Below the pieces are notes generated by a model that was not told where the DNA came from, did not search any database, and saw nothing but the letters and a program-made list of their open reading frames with translations. The translations under genes were made by a program, and so were the position numbers. From assembly GCA_032718475.1 (NCBI GenBank), contig JAUCBJ010006900.1, positions 71,186 to 135,185 of the forward strand: a stretch of DNA of 64,000 nucleotides, read 5' to 3'. This document shows, piece after piece, positions 47,798-60,846 of the stretch. Source of the stretch: Nemertoderma westbladi (Eukaryota > Animalia > Xenacoelomorpha). How positions within the stretch are numbered: the first letter of the stretch is position 1; the number at the start of each line of letters is the position of its first letter.

Positions 47798-50138
47798 GAA
47801 AAAATGTGGACATCATACAATTAATAATAAAGCAATATTTATTAGCTATACCCCCGAATTATTTTGCGCGATTAGAATATATATAGGACGTGCATATTTC
47901 AGTGTATTTCATAGTAATAAAATCGTTTCCATGTGTCCAGCCGGTGAATTAGAAGGATCATTATCTATTTTACAAACTTTATTATTAAATTAGTTTATTT
48001 ACTATGGTATACATGAAAGTTTACTATATTATTTATTTTGTGTTGGTTTTTATTTTTCCGTGAGTAGGGTTTGAATCCGTGATCATCCGTGTTACCTACT
48101 TTTTATAATTGCATTAGCAGGACTCGAACCCTGGTTTAACTTATTTTGTGTTGGTTTTATAATGGTCGCGAGTAGGGCTTGAACCAGTGACCAGCTGTTT
48201 TTCCTATTTTGTGTCTACTTTTTATAATTCCCGCTAGCGGCATCGATAGTACAGTCAGATGGTGGAAGGGAAGGCAGATTTTACTTACGGTGTTAGTAAA
48301 TATTCACGGAAAGAAGAAGTTTGGAAGTTCGTGAGGAAGTTGGTTGACGTGGACGACGAGAGAGTTTATTAACCGATAGAACGGAATGGTATCGGAAATT
48401 AGAAATAATGGAATATTACGCGACGAATACGCGGAAAGTTTGTTGTCGACAATGAGCGTTAACGCGGCGAAATTACACTAGAAAAATAAGTTGATTATTT
48501 GTAAAAAGATAAAAAATACTGTAAGTAGATAGGCGGATGTAAGCCTATTGATCGAATGCTTCGATCACGGTTTAGGCTATCGGTACCACCGCAGTCTGAC
48601 AGTAATTAATAATGAGCTTACTGCAATACTGTTGTACCGGTAGACATTAAATGTAAATTGTTTGCTAGCGGCATCGATAGTACCGTCAGATGGTGTAAGG
48701 CAGATTTTACTTACGGTGTTAGTAAATATTCACGGAAAGAAGAAGTTTGGAAGTTTGTTGGCGATGAGGAAGTTGGTTGACGTGGACGACGAGAGAGTTT
48801 ATTTACCGATAGAAGGGAATGGTATCGGAAGAATATTACGCGACGGATACACGGAAAGTTTGTTGTCGACGATGAATGATAACGCGGCGAAATGACAATA
48901 ATACAACTCTACAAGTGGGTTGTTGATCGATGATAACAAATAAATATTCTTAAATAAATAATATTAAATTCGAAAACAAAATAATGGTAAATGATGTTAA
49001 TCGTAACTTGCAATTGAAATAATGACCTAATATATTGGTGGGGACGTATTAAATAGCAATTCGGTTAGTAAGGGAGGCCCTTGTCTCTTAAATGAGCCAA
49101 TCAGAACGCAGCAGTAGAAATGAAGCCCGCTGATTGGCTGTTCATGCATAAGCGGTTACCAGGGCAACTTCTCGTGTTGATTCTATATTAGAAAACTCTT
49201 GTAAGCATCTTGACATCTGGTCTGGTGCAAAGGAAAGGGATTAGTAGAGAGGATTGCGTGTTTAGAGGCGCTTCATTGTTATGATAGGGGCTGCCTGGAT
49301 ATAGGAAAGGGACAAAGCGACGCCGGCTATAGTGGGAACAATGGAGGGCCGCTTGAGCATTAGCCTTGGGCGACATAGGGATTTGCTGTAGTCAAGGCCG
49401 CGGTGGGATTATTAGTGAGTCATCGATGGGGCTGCTAACAGACGGGACCGCTCATTTATATTTGCCTTGGGGGTATACGTATAGATTCACTGCCTGTTGT
49501 ATCTAGTTAATGAATAATGAGGACAGAGGAGGGGCCCCCCGCCGATGAACGCAGTTGATAGTTGCCAGTAGGGGGCCGTATACCATAGCCATTATAAAGT
49601 TAAAAATATATATTATGTCATAGTGATCTCGTTGGTAATATAAAAACTAATTAATCTAAAAATAGAAATCAATGTATAAAGTAAAAGTAATATATACAAT
49701 TAATTAATTTAAAATAAAGTACAAATGAATAAATAAAGTAAAATAAAATACAAATAATTAATTAAAATTAAATATAAATAAATAGGTATTAATAAATAAA
49801 AGAGCCGCGGTGTCACTTATGACACCCTCTTGGGCCTCTCGGCGACAGTTGGACAACACTGATGACCCATTGTGTGTCAGGGCGCTAATCAGTCTGATTA
49901 ATTAGGATAATCAATTAAACCCTAATTAGGAGTCATATGACATCTGTTAGGGTTTAATTGTACTAATTAATTGATGACACCTGTCAATTAGCCTAATTGG
50001 GAGGTGTCACCCAGACAGTCTGGCGCCAATGACACCCAATGACACCCATAGGGTGATAATTGGGTGTCATATGACACCCAATGGGTGTCAGTGAGGTCCA
50101 ACTGTCGCCGAGCCGGCCAAGACCCTACTACTTACAGA

Positions 50139-53100
50139 ACTCTGTGCTATCTAACGGAGAGAAACTTAGATTCCTCATCGAGTGCTTGGAAGGATCTCCC
50201 AAGTTAATGGCGTTAAAGTTTATTGGACATCCAGATGGATTAAGACAAGTTTGGAATACCTTAAACATCAGGTATGGTAATAGGAATAACATAGCTAGGT
50301 ATTTGTATGCAAAATTGGTAGCGCCCCGAAAGTTCATTAGCAGCGGGATTATAGAGTTTTCCGATGAGATTCAGGAGATCTGTAGACAATTAGATTGGCT
50401 AGGTAAGTCTCATGAATATCAGAGTTCTATGGTTATTGGAGCCGTAGCATCTACTTTCCCAAAGGGTGGAGTAGGTACACGCTGGGACAAGAAAGTGTTA
50501 TATATGATGGAACAACAACGAAGAGACCCTACCATGGCTGATCTCATGTCATTCTTAGATGGAGAGGTAAAATTACAGCTCCTAAAGCAGTCCAGAGAGA
50601 AGACACCAGAAAATAAGGTAAGTGAGAAACCCGTTTCTAGGAGAAAGGTAACACCAGTGTGTTATACAGACGATGGTGAAAGCCAGGCTTCTCAAGAGGA
50701 GGACAGCGGGGAAAGACACTGAAAGAGCTTACTATGTCAACAAAGTGCCTAAAGACGTAAGTAAATTTAAGTCTCGAACCAATGACAGGAGAGAACAGGT
50801 AAGAAAAACTCCTCATACGTCTCCTAAGAGAATTCATGGAAGAAAGTCCGAGTAAAGAACGAGTGTGCACAACGTTACCCAAGGTAAAGTAAGTAACATC
50901 AAACCAAAATGTGTGCTGTGCGACGGGCCCCACCGTTTAAGTGTGTGTGATGAATTCCTAAAGAAATCCCTCATAGATAGACGGGAAGTCATGTGGAATA
51001 AGCGGTTGTGTTATAATTGCCTCAGACAAGGACACCAACAGCGAACCTGTTACTCCGACGCAAGGTGTGCTAAGTGCGGCGCGAAACATCATATCTTGTT
51101 GCGCACTGAATTCGAAAGAAACTGCCCGAGTCAGGTAAGTGAGTCCGAACTACATGTCCAATTCAGTGATGTGAACGACACTGACCAAAGTTCTGAGATG
51201 GAAGGATTCCATACGGATGAATTCTCCGACGAAAACGAATCCTGTTACCTAACAAATACTGCAGTGTATCGAGCACTTACGTATGAGAAGGAAACTGATA
51301 GTGAGCTCCCCATAACTATTCCAGACCGACAACCATCTTGGAAAGCACCAACTTCCAACGTGGGAATCCGAGAATTTCCCGTAGTGCAGTTGAGAGTCCA
51401 CGGGTCAGAAAAGAGCTATATAGTGAACGCCCTCCTTGACTCCGGCAGCACAGGAACATTCATCGACAAAGAACTAGCCGAAGACATCTTTGCTGGACAA
51501 CCCAAGTTCCGAACTAAGTTGAACATTTCAGGAATTATGCAGGTTTGGAAATCTACAGTAACTACAGATTACTATATAGGCGCGTTGTCCATCCCCCAGG
51601 ATGAACTAGGAGAACACAGCATAAGGTCAGTAAAAATGGTGGCGATAAAGAACTTCGCTACCAGCCAAGTGGAACCTTATAACTGGGATGAGGACGATTT
51701 CACCCAACAGCATGAGATACCTAGATTCAACACAGATTACCCTGGAGTGCAAATACTCATCGGCCAAAATGCGCATGAGGCACTTGAGACATTGGAGAAA
51801 CGGCCTGCTCAACCGCAACCACTATAAACCTATGCGGGAAGAACTAGAGTAGGTTGGTACTTTACTGGCCCTTCCCGTAGAACTCTCATGGAAAGGCTAC
51901 CCATAGAACGAGTCTACCAGGTGAGTGAATGGGAAGATGAGATCAGTGAGGGAGACAACCCACCTGAGGGAACCCCATACTCCTCAGATAATGACGATAT
52001 CCACCAACTATTCGACAAGGAGAATACCATCAACCTCCTTACGGAAAATGAAACTTGGCAAAACCAAGTGAACCTATGTCACCTCATTCATCCAGCAGGA
52101 CAAGTCGATTACAACGACGAACTGAATGAAGTGATAGATCGCTACAACGCGAAGACTCGTGATGAACACGCCGTACGATTCTTTACTCAAGAGGCTGTAG
52201 AGCCCAATTCCTACGATAAGGCCCTATCAGTAGAAGAAGAAAGAGCCAAGCAGATACAGGAAACAACTACACGTTTTCTTAAAGATCAAGGTAGATATGA
52301 GATTGGTCTGCCTTTCCGATGGCGAGAACCCAATTTTATAAACAACCGACCCTTGGCGGAGAAGAGAATTGCGCAACTACATCGACGCCTTACGGCAAAT
52401 GCTTCAGCTAAGGAGATGTACAAGACCCAGCTGAAGAAATTCATTGACAAGGGATATGCGGAGCGAGTACCGGAAGAAACACCCATAAATGAGAGAACGT
52501 ACTATCTAACACATCATTACGTTCCCAAACCCGGTAAACCCAACGAAGTCCGGGTAGTATTTGACGGCTCCGCTCTCTACATGGGCCAATCCCTTAACTC
52601 CGAGTTGTTGCCAGGACCCAACTTACTCCAATCCTTGTTGGGAATACTCTTAAGATTACGACAATATTCAATCGCTTTCGCCTCCGATATAGAAGGCATG
52701 TTCTTACAAGTTAAGGCGCTGGATAGAGATCGAGACAGCCTACGATTTCTGTGGTGGCCTGAAGGAGACCTCAACCAGAAACCGGTGGAGTAGTGGATGA
52801 CCATCCAGGCTTTTGGGATCATCTCGAGCCCTTCAAACGCCTGCTCAGTAGTGCGTACCACTGCTGATGACAACCGGGACGCCTTCTCCAAAGAGGTTAT
52901 CGACAACATCAAATGGGATATATACATGGACGACAATTTAAAGTCCCTCCCATTGGTGGAAGAAGCCATTGATGTGGCCAAAGGAACGGTAGAGTGCTTG
53001 AAAAGAGGTGGATTTCGATTAACTAAATTCACCAGTAACTCCCGTGAATTTCTGGAATCGATCCCGGTAGAAGACCAAGGAGTTAAAGATCTAGACCTTA

Positions 53101-55690
53101 TCAAGGACGATCTTCCGGAAACCAAGACGCTTGGTTTGAAATGGGACACAGAGATATCCTGTTCTTCCAGCTAAAACAGCGAGATAATCCAATTCGGACT
53201 AAACGGATTTGTCTAAGTATCCTGACCACTTATTTCGATCCATTGGGATTTATTTAAGATAAATTTATCTTAAATTAGGGATATTTACTTAAGGGAGAAC
53301 TTTTAAAGAAGTGGATGAAATGGGAAGATTCTCTACCATCCATCGAGAACTTTATAATTTCCCGTTCATATTTTAGTCATGTTCTCCCCACGTATTCCTA
53401 TCAACTCCATGTGTTTGGAGACGCCAGCGATATGGGAATAGGTATAGTAGCCTACCTGAGAGTTGAAACTCCGGATGGAATCAAGGTCGCCTTGGTTACC
53501 TCTAAGGCCTTGATAAACAACATGTTGAAAGTTCCTCGAGCGGAGTTAAAAGCGGCTCTATACGCTACAGCCATCGGCCGGAATGTAACAGAACAGATCG
53601 ACTATCCACTGGAGAAAACTGTCTATTGGACCGATGCTTTACTCATGTTGGAGTATATAACCAATGAAGTCTGTCAGTTCAGCCTTTTCGTTACCAACAG
53701 AGTAGCCATTATACTTAGTCGCACGAAGATAGATCAATGGAGACATTGCCCCGGAACGATTAATCCAGCTGACATCGCCTCCAGAGGAGCAACTCCACAA
53801 GAGCTGATAGATACTCCAGACTGGTTAGGTGGACCCGACTTCCTAAGCAAGGAAGAGGATGAATGGCCTCCTTTTCTTACTACGGTGGAGATTAGACAAG
53901 CCAAGGGAGCGGAGAAAGTCAAACCTAAAACCCGGGCGAGTAAATCGAAGTTATTTAAACCCGCGATAGATCTGTCTGTACTACACACTTCCGGAGACGA
54001 CGCTTTGGATCCGAAACCCACAGCCACAAATAAGTCTGTTGTGGAAATCAGAGAGAGAGATTGGAAATCTGGAACACCAGACGTCTCGCAAGGACTCTCA
54101 CCTCTCCTGCAGAGAGCGATACATCACTATAGTTCCTGGAATCGGCTCTGTAAGGCCGTTACATATTTAAAGCGATGTTTTCATCATCACTACTCCAGGA
54201 TGAAGATAGTGGATACCGCTCCACTGACATCTGCGCAGGTCCATGTTGTTAAAGATCTTCCCAAATACAAGATATCCGACAGATTTCTGAAGGAGAAGAT
54301 CAGCTTCCAGGAGCATGAAGAAACCAATAAGCAGATATTGAGACTCCTGCAATGCTATGAGGATTCCGATAAGTATTTCCTGTTGTTAAGAAATCCACAG
54401 ATGCGCTTAAGGGATCGTTTCTCTAGCACAATGATAGATGGGTTAATACGCGTTGGAGGAAGACTAACTAATGCTCCATTATCCTTTGACACTAAGTGTC
54501 CCATACTCATTAGAAATCTTGAAATACAAATCAAGATGATTGTAGATGTTCACAATAAGCTTTATCATGCTGGTAGAGAACGAGTTCTTAGCGAAATTCG
54601 AACTCGCTATTATTTTCATAAACCCCGTAGAGCTCTGAACCAAGTTCTTAGGAACTGCATACCCTGTAGGAAAGCATTCAGTAGGCCTTTAACACAGCGA
54701 GAGGCAGAATTACCTAGGGAACGAGTAAGCTTCTATGAACCACCCTTCACAAATACCAGTGTGGATTTATTTGGCCCTATTGAAGTATATCGTGCTAGGA
54801 CTATAGTCAAGAGATGGTGTGTCATCTTTGTCTGTATGACTTGTAGAGCTATCCATCTCGATATGGTGAACGATTTATCTACCAATAGCTTCATATTGAG
54901 CTTACGCCGACAGATCGCTCGCTTTGGAACTAGTAACACGATGAGATCTGATAAGGGAACGAACTTCATTGGTGCCAACAATGAAATCAAGGCTTACGTC
55001 AAAGATTGGAATCAAAGACAGGTGGACGATCAGCTAAGGGTAGCAGCGTCTAGCTGGACCTTCAACGCCGCCAACGCCCCGTGGTGGGGAGGAAGTTGGG
55101 AGAGATTAATACACGTTAATGGAGGAAATCGCCGCCTATCTCAACGAGAGACCGCTTATGCCAGTCTCATCGAGTCCCGATTCCCTGGAAGCGCTAACAC
55201 CCGTGCACTTCCTACTGAAGAAACCTGTAGCCATGCTCCCACGATCGGAAATCACGGACGGAGACGAATACTGCCGGCAAACTTGGCAACTTATGCAGTT
55301 GTTATCCCGTCGTTTCGCTGACCATTTCGAAAAACATTATCTGCCAACGCTACAACTTCGAACTAAGTGGTTTGCGCAGCAAGAAAACGTCAGCGCAGGA
55401 GACATGGTCCTTATTGCGGAGTCAGATCTTCCACGTAAGCAGTGGCAGACAGGTCGTATCATCGAGACTCATATCTCAGATGATGGTTTGGTGTGATCGG
55501 TAGAACTCGTCGTCATGCGACGTAACTTTAAGAAACCAGGAATTGTCTTCGAGACGCAGCAGCTCAATCGCCCAGTTGGTCGTTTATGTTTACTGGAAAG
55601 AGACAGAGAACTCTCCGGAAACTATGGAAGGCAAGATACTCTTCCCACGACCACCTCCCTAATCCAACCAACATCCAGGGACTCCCCAAC
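50139..55690 (+). pseudogene. gag-pol of B (capsid, zinc knuckles, protease, RT, RNase H, integrase) with stops, frameshifts and deletions
   Basis: CVLC..H..C, CYNC..GH..C, CAKC..HH..L; LLDSGST; TYYLTHH, DIEGMFLQV, IYMDD; HVFGDAS; SDKGTNF; ~70-bp deletion at ~55110 relative to A. Confidence 0.92.
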
Positions 55691-57417
55691 GTGACAGCAT
55701 CTGGAGTGGGTGTTATTGTGAGTGGATATTATTTTATATTTGTTTTTATTATTTTATATTTATGTATGTATTATTATGTAATTTTATTATAATCGTTTTC
55801 TTTAATTTTATTTAGTAGAATGTTATTTTAGCGATTATTTAGTAGATTAGTGCCATATTAGATTAGTATATATAGATTAGTGCGTGATTCGTGTTTATTA
55901 CTTAATTACTTATATATTATATATTTAGTGCGACGGCGAGAAATAATTCTTTTTCTCTTTCCTTACTGTCTGTATTACATTATAAATACGTGACTACAGT
56001 AAGATGAAATATCCGTACTTATTAAAGTACAATAAAGCTCCTACTATATTCAAGTATTATTGGTAAGTAGAGTATTAGGAATGCAAAATTCAGATCCTCG
56101 TGTCTTGGCTAAACCAAGCTCTGGGTAGATCTTGGAAACGACTTGCCTCTTCTCACTGACATTGCTTCTTGCGATATTGCTCTCATACCGTATATTAAAT
56201 AATACATATAGTAGCGTGATGTCCCTTTAACAGTAGCGTAAAACGCAAAATAAATCTGTTAAACCCTTTGACCATCTGTAATTCTAGTCGATTAAGATAT
56301 CACGGCACCCACCGATATACTTGAAAGACAAAATTCTAGAATCAGTGGTTAACGTCCCCAGACAAGTTCTGGTATAAACCAGTGCCCATCTTAAATATTA
56401 ACCATTAATATTTATAAAATCTGTCAAACAGATACAATAGAGTAATTACTTACAAGTTAACTCTAGAAAATCTATAAATTAAAATCTGTGAAATTTTAGA
56501 TCCTTTAAAATTCTAGTCTACTAAGATACCGTAGCACTTACCGATACTCTTAAAAGGAAAAATTTCCTAGAATTAAGGATCCTAGTCCCCAGACATGCTC
56601 TGGAATAAAATTATGTCTGTTTTAAGGATAAATAATAAAATTTACGGGAATAAATTTAAATTCATCTCTTTTAATGAATTTGATAAATTGTCATTTTATA
56701 CAATTTATAACATTCCCAAAATTCCATTAATTAATAGATCATGGGAGCGGAGATTCACCCTATTAAGTGTATTAGTGTGCGAGAATCTCCAATATATAGT
56801 CAATAGCCGATAAAATTCATAAAATCATGTATAAAGGGGATATTGACAATTAAAGAATTACTATTAAATAGCATCCCAGATCTGTATGCATGGGAATTAC
56901 CCTAATTCTACCGCTAGCTTTCCATAATGTCACCATAGTAACAACCACACTAGAATTAGAAGCGAGTTAAAAGAACAATAGAAAGCTTGCCCCATTGAAT
57001 AGCATAAGGAATAAATAGCACACTGCTAGTATCCAAGGATACATAATAATAACGTGGCATTCTGGAAGGCACTTGACTAACGGACAAATGGCCCGAATGT
57101 GTACAATTTGTGACAGTTGTATGGAATTTGTGCGTTTATAGGTGAATGTTACTACTAAAGTGTGTTTAGAGTAGCGAGTCGCAATTGTGAAAGTAGCCCT
57201 AACTCTGCAGTAAGAACCTGAAGTAAATCTAAGCCTTTGGGATGGACAGTGGAGTGACTCGTGCTGGTTATCGTTGTCGTTGTGTAGCTACTACGTTGGC
57301 GAAAAACACAGCGACGACGGTACATCGGCGCTGAGGATCTTGCGCTGAGGGCAGGCAGCGACGCCCGCTAGCCTAATTATAAACTCATTATAATATTGAT
57401 AAACTCATATAGCAGCT

Positions 57418-60135
57418 ATGACTGAGTTGATAGAAGATGATCTTGGTATCAGGGAGCGATATACTCTACCTTTACAAGCGTTTGTTGATAGCTTGATACG
57501 CGGCGACGCTAGTCCAACTCCTATGGAGGACGATGGTCGTTATATCGAACCGCCAATGTCCCAGGAGCAACTTACGCGTGAATTGGACTATAGAAAATTC
57601 ACCGCTCGCTATACGCATAGTAATGGTACGTATATGGACTTCTTAACTACTGGCCATCCTATCGATTTACACGATACGGACGATGTAGACACCAAAAGGG
57701 AAATGGTTTTATTTAAATATCATACCCAGCGGAGTCGGAACGATAAACCGAGAATAGAACATGAGAATTCTATTCGAAACCGACTCAAAAGATAGAATGT
57801 GGAAGAAAGCTTGTAAAGACAAGTGAAGGAGAACCACTGGAGAAAAGACATACGTTAATGTCCAGGGTCCATAATGAGAATAGTTTTCCCTGGGGCACGG
57901 GTGCTCGCGGGCGGTCTCCTTCGGGAGGCTGTAATTTTCTCTTACTTCATCGTCTTCCTGTAATTATTGTGATCAGTGTCGCAATCAAAGAGCAAGAATG
58001 AATGATGACGTAACGGAAAACATGTCCATCGTGGTATCTTATAGATACTACCATATATCCTTCCTCCTCCTTACTACTATTATCCCTCTATACATCGCTA
58101 TTAAAGATACAACACACTTCGTCCCACCTTCTCTTCCCAACGTGCTCGGAGCTTTGGGAAACGATCGACCAATCATTGCCGTATCGTGGTATTGATCATA
58201 CCGCCTCTTACTAAACCTCCCATCCCTTACTATTAATCTGGATGCTTATATTGGTGTCCACACCTCCTGTCCATGTACCATTTTGTTGGTATTTACAATA
58301 TCAACTTCCATCCCTCTTGTCGTCGATTAGATAATCAACCACCAATAATTTCCTTAAGTCAACGACCGTGATACAAGGACTGAAAGGACACGTGGATAGT
58401 CTGTGAACAACTGGTACCATTATGTGTCATAAATCTGGTTGTTCACCTCCCTTAATGATTGGGGATAATTTCATTGGGAGATGGTCTTCGAATGTTGAAT
58501 CCTCCTACTGAGATCGTATTTCTGAATATTTCTGAATACGACATAGGTCTTCCCCTGCTCTCTACCATCAATGGAAGACATATTAGGCATACAACAGGAA
58601 CATGGAGAACATTCCATATCCTTTCGTAGATGCTCAGGTGATTGCTCCCTGGGTAGAAGGCCGAGGTTTCTTCCGCACTATGTATGCCAATACACCCAGC
58701 GGCATTACTAAAGTATAACGAACTTCCATCGGACATCTTGCCTTTCAAGAATACGGATGGAATTTCAAAGTCGGAAACCCTATCAACTATCAACAAGTAT
58801 ATGGAGATCATTATTCTCAATTATACTTCGATGGACCATTGACCGCACCTGGTGTCGTGTATAGCTTCATGAGTGTTCCACTTCGTCCCTCCTTAGCTAT
58901 ATACACGATCTTTGAATACGCCACACTTGCCGGTTGGCTAGCCGATGTGTGCAGTCGTACTATATGCGCCCATCCCTTAATACTTGGCACCAAACTCGCC
59001 AAGCTAGATGAACACAATAAATTCATCCGCTTTGAATGTTTCAGGCGCTTTCTGACTCCGTTCCGTAACGTTGATAGTCAGTTCAAGGACCGCGCTCTGA
59101 CCAAGCTCAGCCTAAGAGACTCAGCTGCTGAGAAGTTAGACAGCGCTGGATTCGCCATTTTCAAGGATATTTGTCTACAGAACTTACATTCCTCTGTTAT
59201 ACAAAGACCTCAAATACCCACGGGTTATTCTATCGTGGAAGTTCAGACAGTGGGTTCGCTTGAGGAGACAGCCACACCTACCTCAGCTATGCAATTGGAA
59301 GACGAACCAATGTGCTTAGAATCCGAGGAGATTCAGCCTACAGCGCCCCGGAGCAGCGACAACGACTACGTGTTGGAATGGTATCAAGGTCCACAATGTC
59401 TCACCGCATACGATTATCGGCACGCCAACTATGTTTCTCAAAAACGTTGCCGATTATGCGCATCGAGAGATCATCTCACCCCCATGGACTCAGACGTACC
59501 CTGCTCCTATTTCCATGAACAACCAGCGATGGAGATCTATTGTGCGTATTGCAGACTCAATAACTTGCACATTTTCGCAGTCTGCCCCCCAATTTATGAC
59601 TCAATGCCATCATTGTCAACTTAAAGGACATGCCAGTTTTGATTGCCCTTTTAACCGCGATCTGGAAAGCGTAGATGAAATGATTACCCTACGCTACATC
59701 CGAGCTTGGGAAGCGAATGCGGATTTACATTGTGAGTCACGCCATCGTTATTATGGTAGATGTATATATATGCAAGTTGTCAGTGACAAACAGGCAGTAT
59801 GGGGTCTGACTGGCTGAAAATAGATCTAGTAGTGGTAAACGTTATCGGCCTAACGGCCTGCTTCAGACTATAATTAAGGTAAGCAATTATAAAACTAACA
59901 TTAAAAATTTTTTTTTTTTTTATTTTTTTAAAATTTTAAATGTTAGTTTTATAGTTTTATAATTGCTTACTTTAATTATAGTCTGAAGCAGGCCGTTAGG
60001 CCGATAACGTTTACCACTACTAGATCTATTTTCAGCCAGTCAGACCCCATACTGCCTGTTTGTCACTGACAACTTGCATATATATACATCTACCATGAAT
60101 ACCCCACTGGCTACCGCCTACCGTTTCATTTCTAA
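57418..60135 (+). pseudogene. Accessory exonuclease-like/zinc-knuckle gene of B, degenerate
   Basis: KFTARY..NGTYMDFLTTGHP; PFVDAQVIA (58602 frame); SIGHLAFQEYGWNFK; PLRPSLAIYTIFE; CRLC..H..C, CAYC..H..C, CHHCQLKGHASFDC. Confidence 0.7.
59755..60094. mobile_element. 340-bp fold-back MITE
   Basis: GGTAGATG...CATCTACC with ~140-bp near-perfect arms, flanked by AT/AT; removing it restores RHRYYEYPTGY. Confidence 0.88.
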
Positions 60136-60239
60136 TCCATCGTTATTACCCTGGACGCGCCTACGAAGGAGTTTATGCGTTCCATCCTTATCTATTCGCG
60201 TCTGTTGAACAAAAATCACGCACACCGAGTTACGAACTA

Positions 60240-60773
60240 ATGAAGCGTGTTGGTGAGTGTATTTCAACCAAATTTGTTCGTAAATATCTCAGGAACATTA
60301 ATCCTAACGATATTAATTCCTATAACTTGATCAACTTCATCCGTCAAGACCCAGAGTATGGCGATTTGTTTATCAACTCGCATCCAGAGTTACAGGAAGT
60401 GCATCGACGGCCCTACGAATATCGAGCCCGAGAACGCGAGTTGGAAAGAACCATTAAACCGAGGAAGTTTCTCTCTACTCACGGTCTACCTACCGCTATC
60501 GTTCAGACGACTCATCAGGGACCAGTAGGAGCTGCTGTCCTAAAACGCGCTTTAAAGGCCGTTAGACCTCGCTCCACTGAGGTTGATATCGATCAACCAG
60601 GTACCTCGACCGGCAGATACACCGACCGTAATCCTAAACCTTCCGATGCAATTGTATTGCACCCTTCACCCAGGAGTTATAGTCCTCCTAGTAAAGTGGC
60701 TCGCCCCAAAGAGAAAAGGACTCTTGCTAGCCTCAAAAAACTGCGTAAATGCCGTCCGCGTAAGAAAGACTAA
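60240..60773 (+). CDS. Basic terminal ORF of the A/B family (ends ...RPRKKD), function unknown
   Basis: C-terminus conserved in A (4913-5137), just before the PPT. Confidence 0.45.
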   Translation: MKRVGECISTKFVRKYLRNINPNDINSYNLINFIRQDPEYGDLFINSHPELQEVHRRPYEYRARERELERTIKPRKFLSTHGLPTAIVQTTHQGPVGAAVLKRALKAVRPRSTEVDIDQPGTSTGRYTDRNPKPSDAIVLHPSPRSYSPPSKVARPKEKRTLASLKKLRKCRPRKKD

Positions 60774-60846
60774 CTGTTTCGAGTATTTTTATATTTTAGA
60801 AACTGTGATTTTTTATATAGAATTAAATCCCATTTTCTGGGAGCGG

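Larger units (their letters stand above)
42309..50132. mobile_element. Non-autonomous Polinton/Maverick-like fold-back element
   Basis: Ends AGTAGTAGGG...CCCTACTACT; exact 6-bp TSD TACAGA at 42303-42308 and 50133-50138; inverted arms 42309-45184 and 47036-50132; no credible ORF. Confidence 0.8.

Noticed and set aside
43065-49376. Paired short ORFs (63/62, 77/77 and 75/65 aa) as genes
   Set aside because: They are duplicated only because they lie in the inverted arms; no recognisable motifs.
42302-50139. hAT/P-type 8-bp TSD (ATACAGAA/TTACAGAA)
   Set aside because: It requires a mismatch, whereas 6-bp TACAGA is exact with perfect AGTAGT/ACTACT ends.
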